Assembly (NCBI RefSeq): GCF_001194135.2
Contig: NC_068981.1
Location: 25,164,138-25,228,137 of the forward strand
Reading direction: 5' to 3'
Length of the DNA: 64,000 nt
Origin: Octopus bimaculoides
Lineage: Eukaryota
In this document: positions 13,563-26,625 of the stretch, piece after piece
Layout of the letters: the number at the start of each line of letters is the position of its first letter
How positions within the stretch are numbered: position 1 is the stretch's first letter
Notes under the pieces: generated by a model
What the model was told of the DNA's origin: nothing
The model's input: only the letters and a program-made list of their open reading frames with translations
Databases searched by the model: none
Program-made: the position numbers and the translations under genes

Positions 13563-15295
13563 TCTTATAAGATTTTGACATCTATTCTAGTGGAGAAGAC
13601 ATATATCTTTATGGAAGAGAATAACCTCTTTCCCACTGAACAAAAAGGATGCAGACGAGGCTCATACGGATGCAAAGATCAGCGCTTAATTAATCGCATG
13701 ATACTTGAGAACTGCCATAACAAGCGCAGAAATCTCAGCTCTTCATGGATTGATTATAAAAAAAGCCTTTGACAGCATACCACATTCGTGGATTCTGAAA
13801 TCGTTGGGCATTTTCAAAATTTCTCCTGTGATTTCAGATTTTTTAAAGTATAATATGTCACTATGGAACACGAAGCTGCAATTAAATCATTCTAATGGAG
13901 TATTGCACTCAAACAATATTAGCATAAACTGTGGCATTTTCCAAGGTGACTCACTTTCACCACTAATTTGCTGCATAGTACTAATACCACTCCTAAGTGA
14001 TCTGAATAGAACAGGGTAATCCGCAAGTTACTGATAGGTAATAAGATGCACCATCCAAAGGCAGACGTGGATCGTCTTTACCTTCCCAGAGCTCAGGGAA
14101 GTCGAGGCTTGATCCAGCTTGAACTTACGTACAAAACCACCACAATCCGACTGGCCAAATACCTTGAAACAACCAACGATTGGATGCTGAAACTTTTTGA
14201 AAAACATGAAAGACCGAAAAAACTTCACTCTATTCTGAAAGAGAGCAAAAAATTCGATACTGATCTCTTAGATACCCACCAGCTTGATCAGGTTGAAGGA
14301 AATGCGCCAAATGCTGCTGCAAAGAAAATAAAATTAATTGCAAAGACAAAAGCACATTAAAAATTAGCTAGCTGATGGGAACAGAAACCTCTGCATGGCA
14401 AGCAGCAAACAAGCTGATGCCGACCAGAAACACACGCATCAATGGTTACGAAGCTCAGGGCTAAAAGCAGAGAGTGAAGGTTACATATTAGCTGCTCAAG
14501 ACCAAAGCTTATTAACCCGGAACTACCAAGCCAATGTGTTAAAAAATGCCGATTCTGTAACGATGAGATTGAAACTACAGACCACCTAATCTCAGGGTGT
14601 AGAGTCTTAGCTGTAGAATATAAAGACCTGTAGAATATAAAGCAGGACATGACAGAGTCGGCCAGTATTTACACTGGACAATATGTCGGCATTATAAAAT
14701 CAAAACCACTGACAAATGGTATAAACACCATCCTGAGGCTGTAACTGAGGGGAAAAAACGTATCGATTCACTGGGACTTCCCTGTACATACCGACAAAAC
14801 TATAAAAGCTAATAAACCGGATATTATTATGAAAGATCAGACAAAGAAGATGTGTTAATTAAATGACATGAGTATTCCTTGCGATCATAATATAGCGGCG
14901 AAAGAATTTGACAAGATCAGCAAATATAAAGACTTGCTAATAGAAATTGAAAAAATGTGACACCACAAGGCGACTTACCGTACCAGTGATTGTAGGATTT
15001 CTAGGAATGATAAAAAGGTATTGAATCCTATTTGAAAATGATACCAGGCTTACCATCCCTACAGGAAGTGCAAAAAATCGTGCTAACTGGAACGACTCAT
15101 GTATTGAGAAGAGCATTATCGCTGTGAAAACAACATCCATTCATGAATTTATTTATTTATTATTTTTTTTTAAATGTTTTACCTGTGAATTTGCGTGTGT
15201 AAACTGGGAATGCGTATAATGAGCTTCTCTGCTCTAGATGTACGGAAAACTCTCGGCGAGAAATGGAAGAAAATTTGAAGAAAGGAAAAAACAAC
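13562..15295 (+). mobile_element. 5'-truncated R4/Dong-clade retrotransposon with an internal deletion covering the YMDD region
   Basis: EQKGCRRGSYGCKDQ..WIDYKKAFDSIPHSW..GIFQGDSLSPL joins directly to MHHPKADVDRLYLPR. Then CRFC..ETTDHLISGC, KPDII..DMSIPCD..KEFDKISKYKDL, a 3'UTR and a (CAA)n(TAA)n tail. Starts at the end of a (TAA)n tract. Confidence 0.9.
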
Positions 15296-15307
15296 AACAA
15301 CAACAAC

Positions 15308-15357
<50 letters not shown>

Positions 15358-16167
15358 TATTATTATTATTATTATTATTCNNNNNNNNNNNNNNNNNNNN
15401 NNNNNNNNNNNNNNNNNNNNNNNNNNNNNNNNNNNNNNNNNNNNNNNNNNNNNNNNNNNNNNNNNNNNNNNNNNNNNNNNNNNNNNNNNNNNNNNNNNNN
15501 NNNNNNNNNNNNNNNNNNNNNNNNNNNNNNNNNNNNNNNNNNNNNNNNNNNNNNNNNNNNNNNNNNNNNNNNNNNNNNNNNNNNNNNNNNNNNNNNNNNN
15601 NNNNNNNNNNNNNNNNNNNNNNNNNNNNNNNNNNNNNNNNNNNNNNNNNNNNNNNNNNNNNNNNNNNNNNNNNNNNNNNNNNNNNNNNNNNNNNNNNNNN
15701 NNNNNNNNNNNNNNNNNNNNNNNNNNNNNNNNNNNNNNNNNNNNNNNNNNNNNNNNNNNNNNNNNNNNNNNNNNNNNNNNNNNNNNNNNNNNNNNNNNNN
15801 NNNNNNNNNNNNNNNNNNNNNNNNNNNNNNNNNNNNNNNNNNNNNNNNNNNNNNNNNNNNNNNNNNNNNNNNNNNNNNNNNNNNNNNNNNNNNNNNNNNN
15901 NNNNNNNNNNNNNNNNNNNNNNNNNNNNNNNNNNNNNNNNNNNNNNNNNNNNNNNNNNNNNNNNNNNNNNNNNNNNNNNNNNNNNNNNNNNNNNNNNNNN
16001 NNNNNNNNNNNNNNNNNNNNNNNNNNNNNNNNNNNNNNNNNNNNNNNNNNNNNNNNNNNNNNNNNNNNNNNNNNNNNNNNNNNNNNNNNNNNNNNNNNNN
16101 NNNNNNNNNNNNNNNNNNNNNNNNNNNNNNNNNNNNNNNNNNNNNNNNNNNNNNNNNNNNNNNNNNN

Positions 16168-16292
16168 ATTTCTTTCGCATTTAGTTTAGCCCAGTATTTA
16201 CCATGTAGGGGCTTTTCTTGCCATCGTTTTATCATGGTCCGTTGCTGTTCTAGTTTTAGTTTGGATTTCTGCTGTTCTAGTTTTAGTTTGGA
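16168..16292 (-). mobile_element. R4/Dong fragment running into the assembly gap
   Basis: Minus strand reads KLKLEQQRTMIKRWQEKPLHGKYWAKLNAKE, the motif upstream of the zinc knuckle in the other copies. It is bordered by (TTC)n(TTA)n. Confidence 0.7.
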
Positions 16293-16316
16293 TTTCTTCT
16301 TCTTCTTCTTCTTCTT

Positions 16317-16400
<84 letters not shown>

Positions 16401-17059
16401 AATTGATTTCCTAATTGAAAAATAAATTGAATTTAGAATAACAAATTTGTATACAACATTTTGTTTTTTTACTTCCAATATATAAGGAATAATTTCACTC
16501 CCGGGCAACGCCGAGTGCCTCTTCTAGTAATATAATAATCAGACAATTAGTACTGTGTAGCAGTAAGTTATACACACTGTAGTCTCACCATACAGTGTTA
16601 TTTAATCAATGTTTTGCATGTTCACATCCTTTATTTTTTAAATCCATTTTTAGATATTTACCTCTTCTATATATTGAATTAACTATCACTATCCTCATAA
16701 AGATCTTTTCCTGTGTGACTGAATATTAAACATTAATTCATATTATGAGAATTTAGATTCGCCAGTATTCAAATAAATTAGAAAATTTTCCGCATGAATA
16801 CTGGGAACTCCTAAAGAAGAAGTTGATCAAAGCAACGACATGGAAAAGGCAATACAAAGTGGAAATATGATGCAGTTAAAGTGTTATTGACTTTAGGATT
16901 AAAATGGTGATGGTATATAAATGTTGAGAAATAAGAAGTACATGACACCTAACTAAATTAATTGAACGTTGATTGTGATGTAAATTTTTTGTAACTAAAT
17001 CACCCTGGTATTTCTTAATTAAATCTGAGAAAAAGAAATACTGGCAAAAGTATACAAAC

Positions 17060-17104
<45 letters not shown>

Positions 17105-17147
17105 TACACACGCACATACACACACACACACGCACATNNNNNNNNNN

Positions 17148-17205
<58 letters not shown>

Positions 17206-17437
17206 ACACACAGATATATATGTAGTACATGTATATTTGTGTATGTACATTTATTTACATATATTTGTATACGCACAAAAGAAGAATAAAAGAATGTTTT
17301 GTCAATCTTCCCCTTGTCAAAATAAACACGGTCCTCTACTTGAAAGCATTCAATGATTCATTTTCTTGTTCAAATGTTTATATAAACAACACGCGAAGAC
17401 ACGAAGACACACATACATTTTACGCCAATATGTACAA

Positions 17438-17575
17438 GCATAGGCGTTCCTGTGTGGTAAGAAGTTTGCTTCCTGAACATATGGTTCCGGTTTCAGTCTC
17501 ACTGCATGGCACCTTGCGCAAGTGTCTTCTACTATAGCGACCAAAGTCTTGTATCTATATTTGCTCGACGGAAAA
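17438..17575 (+). mobile_element. tRNA-derived CORE-like SINE, family A (5' part)
   Basis: tgtgtggtaagaagtttgct..catatggttccggtttcagtc..ggcaccttgcgcaagtgtcttctactatagc matches 62763-62920. Confidence 0.8.
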
Positions 17576-19750
17576 TAAGACAAGGTCATCTAACTATATA
17601 TAGAAAATACTTAGTCATCTGATAATGCAAAGTTTAGAGAAATTAATTATTTTGTTTCTTTAATAAAATTTGATTTCCTATTTTCCCTCTTTTGAATTAC
17701 ATATATTCTACACGAATTTTATTCTATTACACAATATCTGTAATTTAACCTTTTTTGATAATGAGTTCTTTAAGCAAATAAAATTAAAACAATAATATAA
17801 TACTAAAAATATGACAGAAATGCTTTACCTTAATACAGAGTAATTAAAAAAAAAATATTAACTTAGATCTTGAAAAAATTGCATTGAAACGCAAAAGAAT
17901 GTAAAAAATAAAACCGTGCATACACAATTTGATGAATGAATTCTGAAATTTATTTAGCAAATTCTAATTTCAGTAGCACTATTTTAAGGTTTTTATTAAT
18001 TTTTTTTTTACTTTTCCTGTAATTTTCTAGGATTAATTAGCGCTAGTCCTGTACTTTTCCTTAAGCCCGCATTTTTCATTCTTGTCCACTTTTTTTCCAA
18101 GCAACACTTTATATTATTATGATTAATTATATTTACTTTTACAATTGAAAAAAATGATACTATTGTAAATATTTTTTAATGTTTTATTTGCACCACCTAA
18201 AAATAACAAAGGATTAATAGCAGCTTATCTGTTACAAATAGATATATTTTTAAGCAATTTCTATTATAAAATAATGTTATATTTTAATGAAATAATTAGT
18301 TTTCTAATGGGTGAAAATTTTTATTTCGATATGGTTTTTTTAAACAGGTACGTAAACAAAATAATATAAATTAATATGAAATCGCTAAAAATCATAACTT
18401 TTTTATGCTTAATATTTTTCGACAGGGTTTTCTCCAAAACTCGATGAACTCGATGAAGTCTTTCATTTGAGTTGAAAGAATATAATTTTTGTCTTAAAAA
18501 GACAATAATAATATTCTGAATTTTTAAAATTATCACCTTTTTTGTCACTTAAAGACACGCAACTTTTGTAGCTAATATAGTCACTATTAGTTTCTTCTCT
18601 TTTATCTGAAGCAAATCTGGAATGCATAAGAACTGCATAAAACGGCTAAGAAATTTGGCGAAATATTGTTAGAAAACGGAAGAAAAGTGGCCTGCGAGTT
18701 GCTATAGAAAATCGGACCCTGTACCACTCAAAACTTCTGTTAAGCGCTATGTACCATTAAATTAAATGATCCATGAAACCGACATTGTAAGTATCTTAAA
18801 ATGGAAAAAATATTTTGATTTGTTAAAATGATACCTACTTTTCGTCACTTAAAAGCACTCCACATTTTATGTAGCTAATATTTTTTGACGAAATTTTCAT
18901 TATAAGATTTATCACATATAGTTTTTCAGCTGAGACATTTTGACACAAAATCACTTTAGGGGGTTATTTACCATATATTCGTCAATTAAAACTATACTAC
19001 TTTTCTCTCTACCAAATATTTTTTGACGAGGTTTTCACCAAAAGATTCTTCTTAATGAACTCATTCTTCTAAACCTAATCTATACTTTACTTTTAAAATA
19101 ACTGAGCTATTTTGAGTCAAAATAAATGTTTCATACTACTTTCCAGTTTTGATCTCATATATTTTGACCTAGCCTTTCTTAAACTAATTTTCAATTATTT
19201 GATCTCAAAATGTAGCTGAAGACTGGACCAATATTGCTAAAAAAATTGCATTCAATTAGGTTAAAAACTGAATAACTGATGAAGCCTAGAATTGTTCGCG
19301 GGTAACTAAAAGTTGACCTTAGCAGTATATCCACTCGCCGCCACAGGTGAATAATGTACACATATATATATATACACACAAACACGAACAAACATAGATT
19401 AAGACACACAAACACACATATGCATTTTTGAATCCCTAGTGAGCATTGATAGATTCTGTACAATAGTATTGTATGCCTCATTGTTTCTTGGGTTATGTGT
19501 TGATATAGTATTTTCAGATGAGGTGTGGTGTTTCGCTTTGTTTCTCTTGGTGTTTTAATGCCTATTTTCTTGGCACGTTAAATTCTATCATCTATAAGTG
19601 ACGATGGATGGTGTCTCTCAACTAGGTCTTGAAGATCTAGGTCTTGAAGACGGAGGTCCTTAGTATTTCCATCAGACACTATTTTGTGAATTCTTTTCGG
19701 TAAAGGGAATATACATTTAAAATCTGCTCTTTCTTTTTGAATAACCCTGT

Positions 19751-19788
<38 letters not shown>

Positions 19789-20373
19789 TTAATGAGAGAA
19801 GGAAAAGGAATATGGCAGATACGAGAATCTTTATTGATTATTACAATTGTTTCATACCATCTAGCATTGATTCCTCGCAGGTGGGATTCTAAACATCATG
19901 CACACACGCGCTCACACGCACACATGCACATACACGCTCGCGTGCATACGCACACAATCTTACACATACATACACACATACACTTACACGCTCACATACG
20001 CACGCGTACACGCACACACATGGTCATATGCCCACATGCCCCATTGGTCTTACACCACCAATTTCCTGTCCAGCCACGCGGCAAAAGAAACTACTTTTTC
20101 TCATCTAACTGCTGATGCTTACTTAGCAGTACTGTGTCACCACGCGACTTCCTCCGGCTGATTGTAGCCCATCTGTCGGTAGCCATCTTGGACTTCCTGA
20201 ACTTCTCCGTTCCTTTGCATTCTCACTGGCCTGATGAGAGGCTGCGAAACTTGAAGTAACACGGAATCCATATCGAACTGTCTTTAACAATACGTGTAAC
20301 ACTCAATACATGTGTTGATTGTTCTTTCTTTTGTTCGTCCACTCACTCATACACCCCCACACACCCCACACAT

Positions 20374-20432
<59 letters not shown>

Positions 20433-20436
20433 CATG

Positions 20437-20713
20437 CATATATGGGTAGAGACCGTCACCAACGGTGCAAATAACATGAAATACGTAAACAAACGAGGGA
20501 AGAGTGAGTGAAATACGTAAATAACGAGAAAAAAATGGAAAACAAGACACGTTAACCCAGAGAAAGGACCCTTCATCAGTTGTCAGCGTGCTCGAAAACA
20601 GCAGTAGATAGACAGTCAACAACTGATGAAGTGTCCTTTCTATGTATTAACTTGTCCTGCTTTCCAGCTTTTTCTCGTTGCTTACGTATTCATGTTATTT
20701 GTACCCATATATG
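20437..20713. repeat. Fold-back (inverted repeat) element, probably Penelope-derived
   Basis: Arms 20437-20583 and 20619-20713 are reverse complements (visibly diverged, left arm has insertions). Each carries ACAACTGATGAAG, and the termini are catatatgggta / tacccatatatg. Confidence 0.7.
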
Positions 20714-20718
20714 TATGA

Positions 20719-20755
<37 letters not shown>

Positions 20756-21202
20756 NNNNNNNNNNNNNNNNNNNNNNNNNNNNNNNNNNNNNNNNNNNNN
20801 NNNNNNNNNNNNNNNNNNNNNNNNNNNNNNNNNNNNNNNNNNNNNNNNNNNNNNNNNNNNNNNNNNNNNNNNNNNNNNNNNNNNNNNNNNNNNNNNNNNN
20901 NNNNNNNNNNNNNNNNNNNNNNNNNNNNNNNNNNNNNNNNNNNNNNNNNNNNNNNNNNNNNNNNNNNNNNNNNNNTATAAATATACATTGTTTACATTAT
21001 TTGAATTTGACGGATTTTTGTCCTCATCTTGTTTATTGATAACATAACGCTTTTATTCAACGCCTTTTCATAGCGTTTGTTGGCATTAAAAGCCGACGAG
21101 AATGCTTTGTAGCTCTTCCCACTGACATTCGAAACTCCGAGTACTATAATGACAACCTTTTACTGTTTGTTCTAAATTATAACACACACTCACACACACA
21201 CA

Positions 21203-21238
<36 letters not shown>

Positions 21239-21259
21239 TATAGTTCAAATTTACAGAAA

Positions 21260-21430
21260 ATAAAAGACGAAGACAGGTGAAGGAACAACAAGCATGTGTA
21301 GTAGTTTAACGCTCAGAAAGGATGGAAAAGTCTTTGACGATTCGAGCCTACGCTTTTTTATAGAAAGGATTGAGGGGAAAAAAAGAGAGAAAAAGTGTGT
21401 GAGGAAAAACGGAGTGAGAAAAAGAACGGA
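21260..21430. repeat. Dispersed repeat related to the 47606-47798 hairpin (putative Penelope terminal-repeat remnant)
   Basis: Shares gacgaagacaggtg..aacaacaa..aacgctc..aaagtctttgacg.ttcgagcctacgct with 47630-47716. Confidence 0.65.
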
Positions 21431-22188
21431 CATCTATGCATATATGTGTATATATGTGTATGTGTGTTTGTCAGTGTGTTTCTTATGTTGAGTTATATTT
21501 TCTTAAAAACTGAAGGATTAATTAATATTTCCTGTGAGTTAATATTTTTTCTATACTCTAAATAGAATTGTGTTAACAGTGCAGTGAATTCGAAGTTTCG
21601 GCTTGCTGAGTAAACAAGACGCTCACACACACACACACGCACACACATTTATATATATATATACATAAGAGTAAATGTAAGTTACTCTTACATGTTAGAT
21701 AAGTCGATATACAAAAAATATTAAATACATTTAATACAGAAAAATGTACATGTTTACATATAAATACATCCGGCTTACACACAATAGAAATAATATCAAG
21801 TATTAACGGGGTTGAATAGGAGTTTAATAAGAGTGCAGCAGCTGTTCTGGGGTCTTGGTGGGCCAAAATAATGATTGTAAATTGATTCCATCATCAGATA
21901 ATACCAGCCTCCGTCTTCAGGGAAGAATTTTACATTTGCGGTATTGACAGAATGGAGTTTATAGACGGAATTCGACCCCTTTAATTCCTGTATCATTTCC
22001 ATTCCGTGTATATCGGATCTTTTTGTATGCAAATATATGTACATTTTTTATATCAAATGTATTTAATATTCTATTGTATATCAACTTGCCCAACTTGCTT
22101 TTCCTTACATTTATTCCCCAACCTGCTCAAGTTTAAATCTCATGAGCAGTACGAAGTGCATTCTATACAGAGAGTACCTTCTCTAATA

Positions 22189-22350
<162 letters not shown>

Positions 22351-22674
22351 ATATATATGTATATATGTATGGGCTTGTGTGTGTATGTGTGTTTGGTTTT
22401 GGATTTTGTTTTAAATTTGTGGTCCAGCGCACACTGAAATACACATTTCTGCATAATATTACTTTTACATTAGCTGCCGAAATCCTCACGCATAGATAAG
22501 CATGACACTGCGTAGCAATACACACAGTTAACAAGGAGAATGACAACTTCTATAACATGAAGCGCCCTCGCCCACAAAATAGACACAGACAAACACCAGC
22601 ATACGCATATATAACCATATTTTCATTCACATGGACCATAGTTACTCAACACGGCAGACACGCTTTGTAGTTAG

Positions 22675-22709
<35 letters not shown>

Positions 22710-23109
22710 AGAGAGAGAGAGAGAGAGAGAGAGCAATAAGAAATTGGAAGGGATCAATAGGTGGTATTCATCAACTTTTAGATATTATGTCAGTTTATTT
22801 ATTTACTAAAAGGACAATTATAACAAAATACATACATGTATAACATATTATGCTTTATATATATAATATATAAAATATAAAAATATCAGTAATTATTTAA
22901 ATATATAACATAGAGCAATAGAAATTGGGATTATATTTTACGGCTGTTTCAGCTAAGAGTCAGTAATACCTCAATCTACATTTATCCCTCCAGTGGACTG
23001 AATAATTAGTAGATGAAGTTGAGGTACTTGGGTATTTTTAGAAAGTACATAAGGTTAAGTTATAAATATAAATACATACATATATGTATGTGTATGTATA
23101 CAATTATTA

Positions 23110-23179
<70 letters not shown>

Positions 23180-23400
23180 CATCATTATTTTTATTAGATG
23201 CATTATGTTATTCATATTAGATAAAATAGAAACAGAGGTTTGAGAAAGTTATTATAAGAGGTGTAATATTGTAATTCATAAAATCAATATATCTTAAGAT
23301 TATTTTAGTTTTGTAAGAATGAAACTGTACATACATGATGAATACACATATATATATACACATATACATACATACATATATACATACATACATACCCCCC

Positions 23401-23459
<59 letters not shown>

Positions 23460-24079
23460 TATATATTTCCGTGCAAANNNNNNNNNNNNNNNNNNNNNNN
23501 NNNNNNNNNNNNNNNNNNNNNNNNNNNNNNNNNNNNNNNNNNNNNNNNNNNNNNNNNNNNNNNNNNNNNNNNNNNNNNNNNNNNNNNNNNNNNNNNNNNN
23601 NNNNNNNNNNNNNNNNNNNNNNNNNNNNNNNNNNNNNNNNNNNNNNNNNNNNNNNNNNNNNNNNNNNNNNNNNNNNNNNNNNNNNNNNNNNNNNNNNNNN
23701 NNNNNNNNNNNNNNNNNNNNNNNNNNNNNNNNNNNNNNNNNNNNNNNNNNNNNNNNNNNNNNNNNNNNNNNNNNNNNNNNNNNNNNNNNNNNNNNNNNNN
23801 NNNNNNNNNNNNNNNNNNNNNNNNNNNNNNNNNNNNNNNNNNNNNNNNNNNNNNNNNNNNNNNNNNNNNNNNNNNNNNNNNNNNNNNNNNNNNNNNNNNN
23901 NNNNNNNNNNNNNNNNNNNNNNNNNNNNNNNNNNNNNNNNNNNNNNNNNNNNNNNNATATATATATGTAAAAGAATAAAACAAAAACAAAAAAATGTAGG
24001 TGAATTCATATATACATACATATACATACATATATATACATATATATACATATGAATTCAAGGTTAAAATGATATTACT

Positions 24080-24610
24080 AAGGGGATATTATTTTAATAC
24101 AAAATACATATGAGAGATAAGTTATTAAAAATTTATTAAAAAACATTATATAACATTACAGGGATATTATTTTAATATAATTCATATGAGAGATAAGTTA
24201 TTACAAATTTATTTTTAAAAAACCCTTATAAAATATTACATTTATAAGTCTAACTAGGGGGATCATTAATATATTTAATAACTCATATGGGTAGTATATG
24301 GTTAAAAATATATGCCGGAAGCCAGTTTGCCCCAAACTCAAACAAGGGACAAAACATCAAAAGTGACCGATGCTGTCGTTAATCGCTAAAATTACGCCCC
24401 AAATTCCTTCTCCAAATCCTCACAAATCCTCTTCTATATATAACTATACCTGCATATTACCAACTTGTAGTCATTATCGCTAAAAATATGTTCAAATCTA
24501 TTATATCTGACAAATTGCCTCAAATTATGTTCAAAATCTCTTATATCTGACAAATTGCTTCAAATGCAAGACTCCATCTGACAAAATGCCTAAAATGCAA
24601 GACTACATGT
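24080..24610. repeat. Degenerate minisatellites: about 78-bp unit x2 (24080-24245) and about 31-40-bp units (24488-24610)
   Basis: gggatattattttaat..catatgagagataagttatta occurs twice; atctgacaaa(t/a)tgc(c/t)t occurs three times. Confidence 0.7.
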
Positions 24611-25725
24611 AATATTGTTGAGTCACTTAATTAATAAACCCCTTAGTCATTTAGTCCTTTAAAATATCTATCCATCTATTTATTTATCTAATTACTTTTA
24701 ATGTTGTATTTAGGAGATGCAGTGGAGTTGGGGGTTTATTTATAAATAAAACGAAGGGAAGTAACTCTAGATTTAATTAGCTCAAACAACGTATTAATCA
24801 GCTAACCATTTCATTAAATAATTAATTAATTAATCAATCAGTCCTATCATTGGTTTTATAATAGGATTGCATATCTTAGTCTATATTCATATACATACAT
24901 ATGCATATATTATACATATATATATGTGTGTATATATACACACACATATATATANNNNNNNNNNNNNNNNNNNNNNNNNNNNNNNNNNNNNNNNNNNNNN
25001 NNNNNNNNNNNNNNNNNNNNNNNNNNNNNNNNNNNNNNNNNNNNNNNNNNNNNNNNNNNNNNNNNNNNNTATATATATATACATACATACACACATACAC
25101 ATACACATACATACATACCCACATACACATATATATATCCCCACATACATAAGTATCAGCAGAAAACAAAACATATACATACACATACATACAAGTGTTT
25201 GCATAAATATACAAATACACACACACATCCACATATAAATACAAAAGTAGTATCTACAGTAATAAATACTCACGTATACATGTATGTATATAATTATATA
25301 ATTATATCTAACTTAATATATACCTTCATTTATATATATATATTTGCATGATTATCACATATTACATAATACAATATAATATATATAACAACTGAATATG
25401 GAAAATTATTACAAACTATTGCCCATATATGGATAACAAGGAAGTATGTGAGGAAAAACCTTTACCTAGGCATAGGCGTGGCAGTGGTGATATAATGTCC
25501 GCTTCGTAAAGTGCCGGGAAGTAGTGTTCTAGTTTGGTTGCAGTATAATGGATAAAACGGGTGAGAGAGAATAAAAGAATAATATTTTTAAATGATCAAG
25601 TAACATCCCCATCTTTCAAGTGCCTTCTTTTACTATCATAGGAGAGAGAGAGAGGGGAGAAGGAGAGAGAGAGATAGACAGACAGAGATAGAGAGAAAGA
25701 AAGAAAGAAAGATAGATAGATAAAT

Positions 25726-25757
<32 letters not shown>

Positions 25758-25865
25758 ACAGAAAGAGAGAAAGAAAGAGAGGAAAGGAAAACGACAGTTC
25801 AAACGATAAATAAATAACTCCAGATTATTTTGGTCATGGAGGGGTTTAATTCTGAGTTATGTTTT

Positions 25866-26050
25866 AATACCTTGCGCGCGTAAGCGAAGTAGGGTATTGT
25901 AGGCGCTCGTCTTCGTCTGTTTGTCTGTGTGTTTGCAAAATTACTGGAAAACAGCTGAACAGATTTTCCTTAAATTCTGCAGAAATACTCATTGGGTGTG
26001 TGGGTCGAATTCATTAAATTTTGGCAGAAGGGGTGAATCAAAATATTTCT
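25866..26050 (+). mobile_element. DINE-1/HINE-like non-autonomous element end
   Basis: tacct..gcgcgcgtaagcgaagtagggtattg is followed by cgtctgtttgtctgtgtgtttg. This terminal stem-loop plus (GTCT)-type microsatellite layout is typical of Helentron-associated elements. Confidence 0.45.
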
Positions 26051-26439
26051 TTTTCTTTTGTTATATATGCGTAAATGATAAGCAGAAGAAATTATTCTTG
26101 ATGTCCTCTTGTTGAAGTATGAATTCGTCTGAGAATATATTTATCAAATTAAATTTTATTTTATCCTTGTGTACGCACAGGGTATGCATCGCCCCTCCGA
26201 TGCCTTTTTTCTCCCATTATTTGTATGTTCTTATGCTATATCATTATTCATGTATCTACAGCCTTTTAGATATTTGCGCGAACTAGTTACCCTCTTTGTT
26301 AAATGATCGTTGTGACTACAAAATTATGTTGGACCTTGGTACATCATAGGCCATGTTTCTACTCACCGATGTGACAAAAAGTTTTTGAAAAAGTATTTAA
26401 AATATATGTATATATTACATCCCTTTTAGATATTAGTCG

Positions 26440-26625
26440 CAAATTTTGGCACAAAGTTAGCAACTACGTAACAGGGGTAAGTTGATTACATCGATCTCAG
26501 TACTCAACTGATATCGACCCCAGAAATTCCTCGGCGGAATTTAAATTCAGAATGTAAAGACGGACGAAATGTCTCTACGCATTTTATCCGGCGTGGTAAC
26601 CATTCTGCCAGCTAACTGTCTTATC
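26440..26625 (-). mobile_element. Family-B SINE
   Basis: ggggtaagttgattacatcgatc..tatcgacccc..cctcggcggaatttaaattcagaatgtaaagacggacgaaatg matches the family-B reverse complement. Confidence 0.75.

Noticed and set aside
18766-18792. ATG ATC CAT GAA ACC GAC ATT|GTAAGT as a fourth or alternative IL-17 first exon (phase 0)
   Set aside because: It has 7 codons, is acidic, lacks the taATGAAG context and has no orphan IL-17 exon 2 downstream. Such matches are expected by chance in AT-rich DNA.
21796-22044. Minus-strand 82-aa ORF of moderate complexity
   Set aside because: No recognisable motif, no convincing acceptor and no partner exons. It cannot be supported without a homology search.
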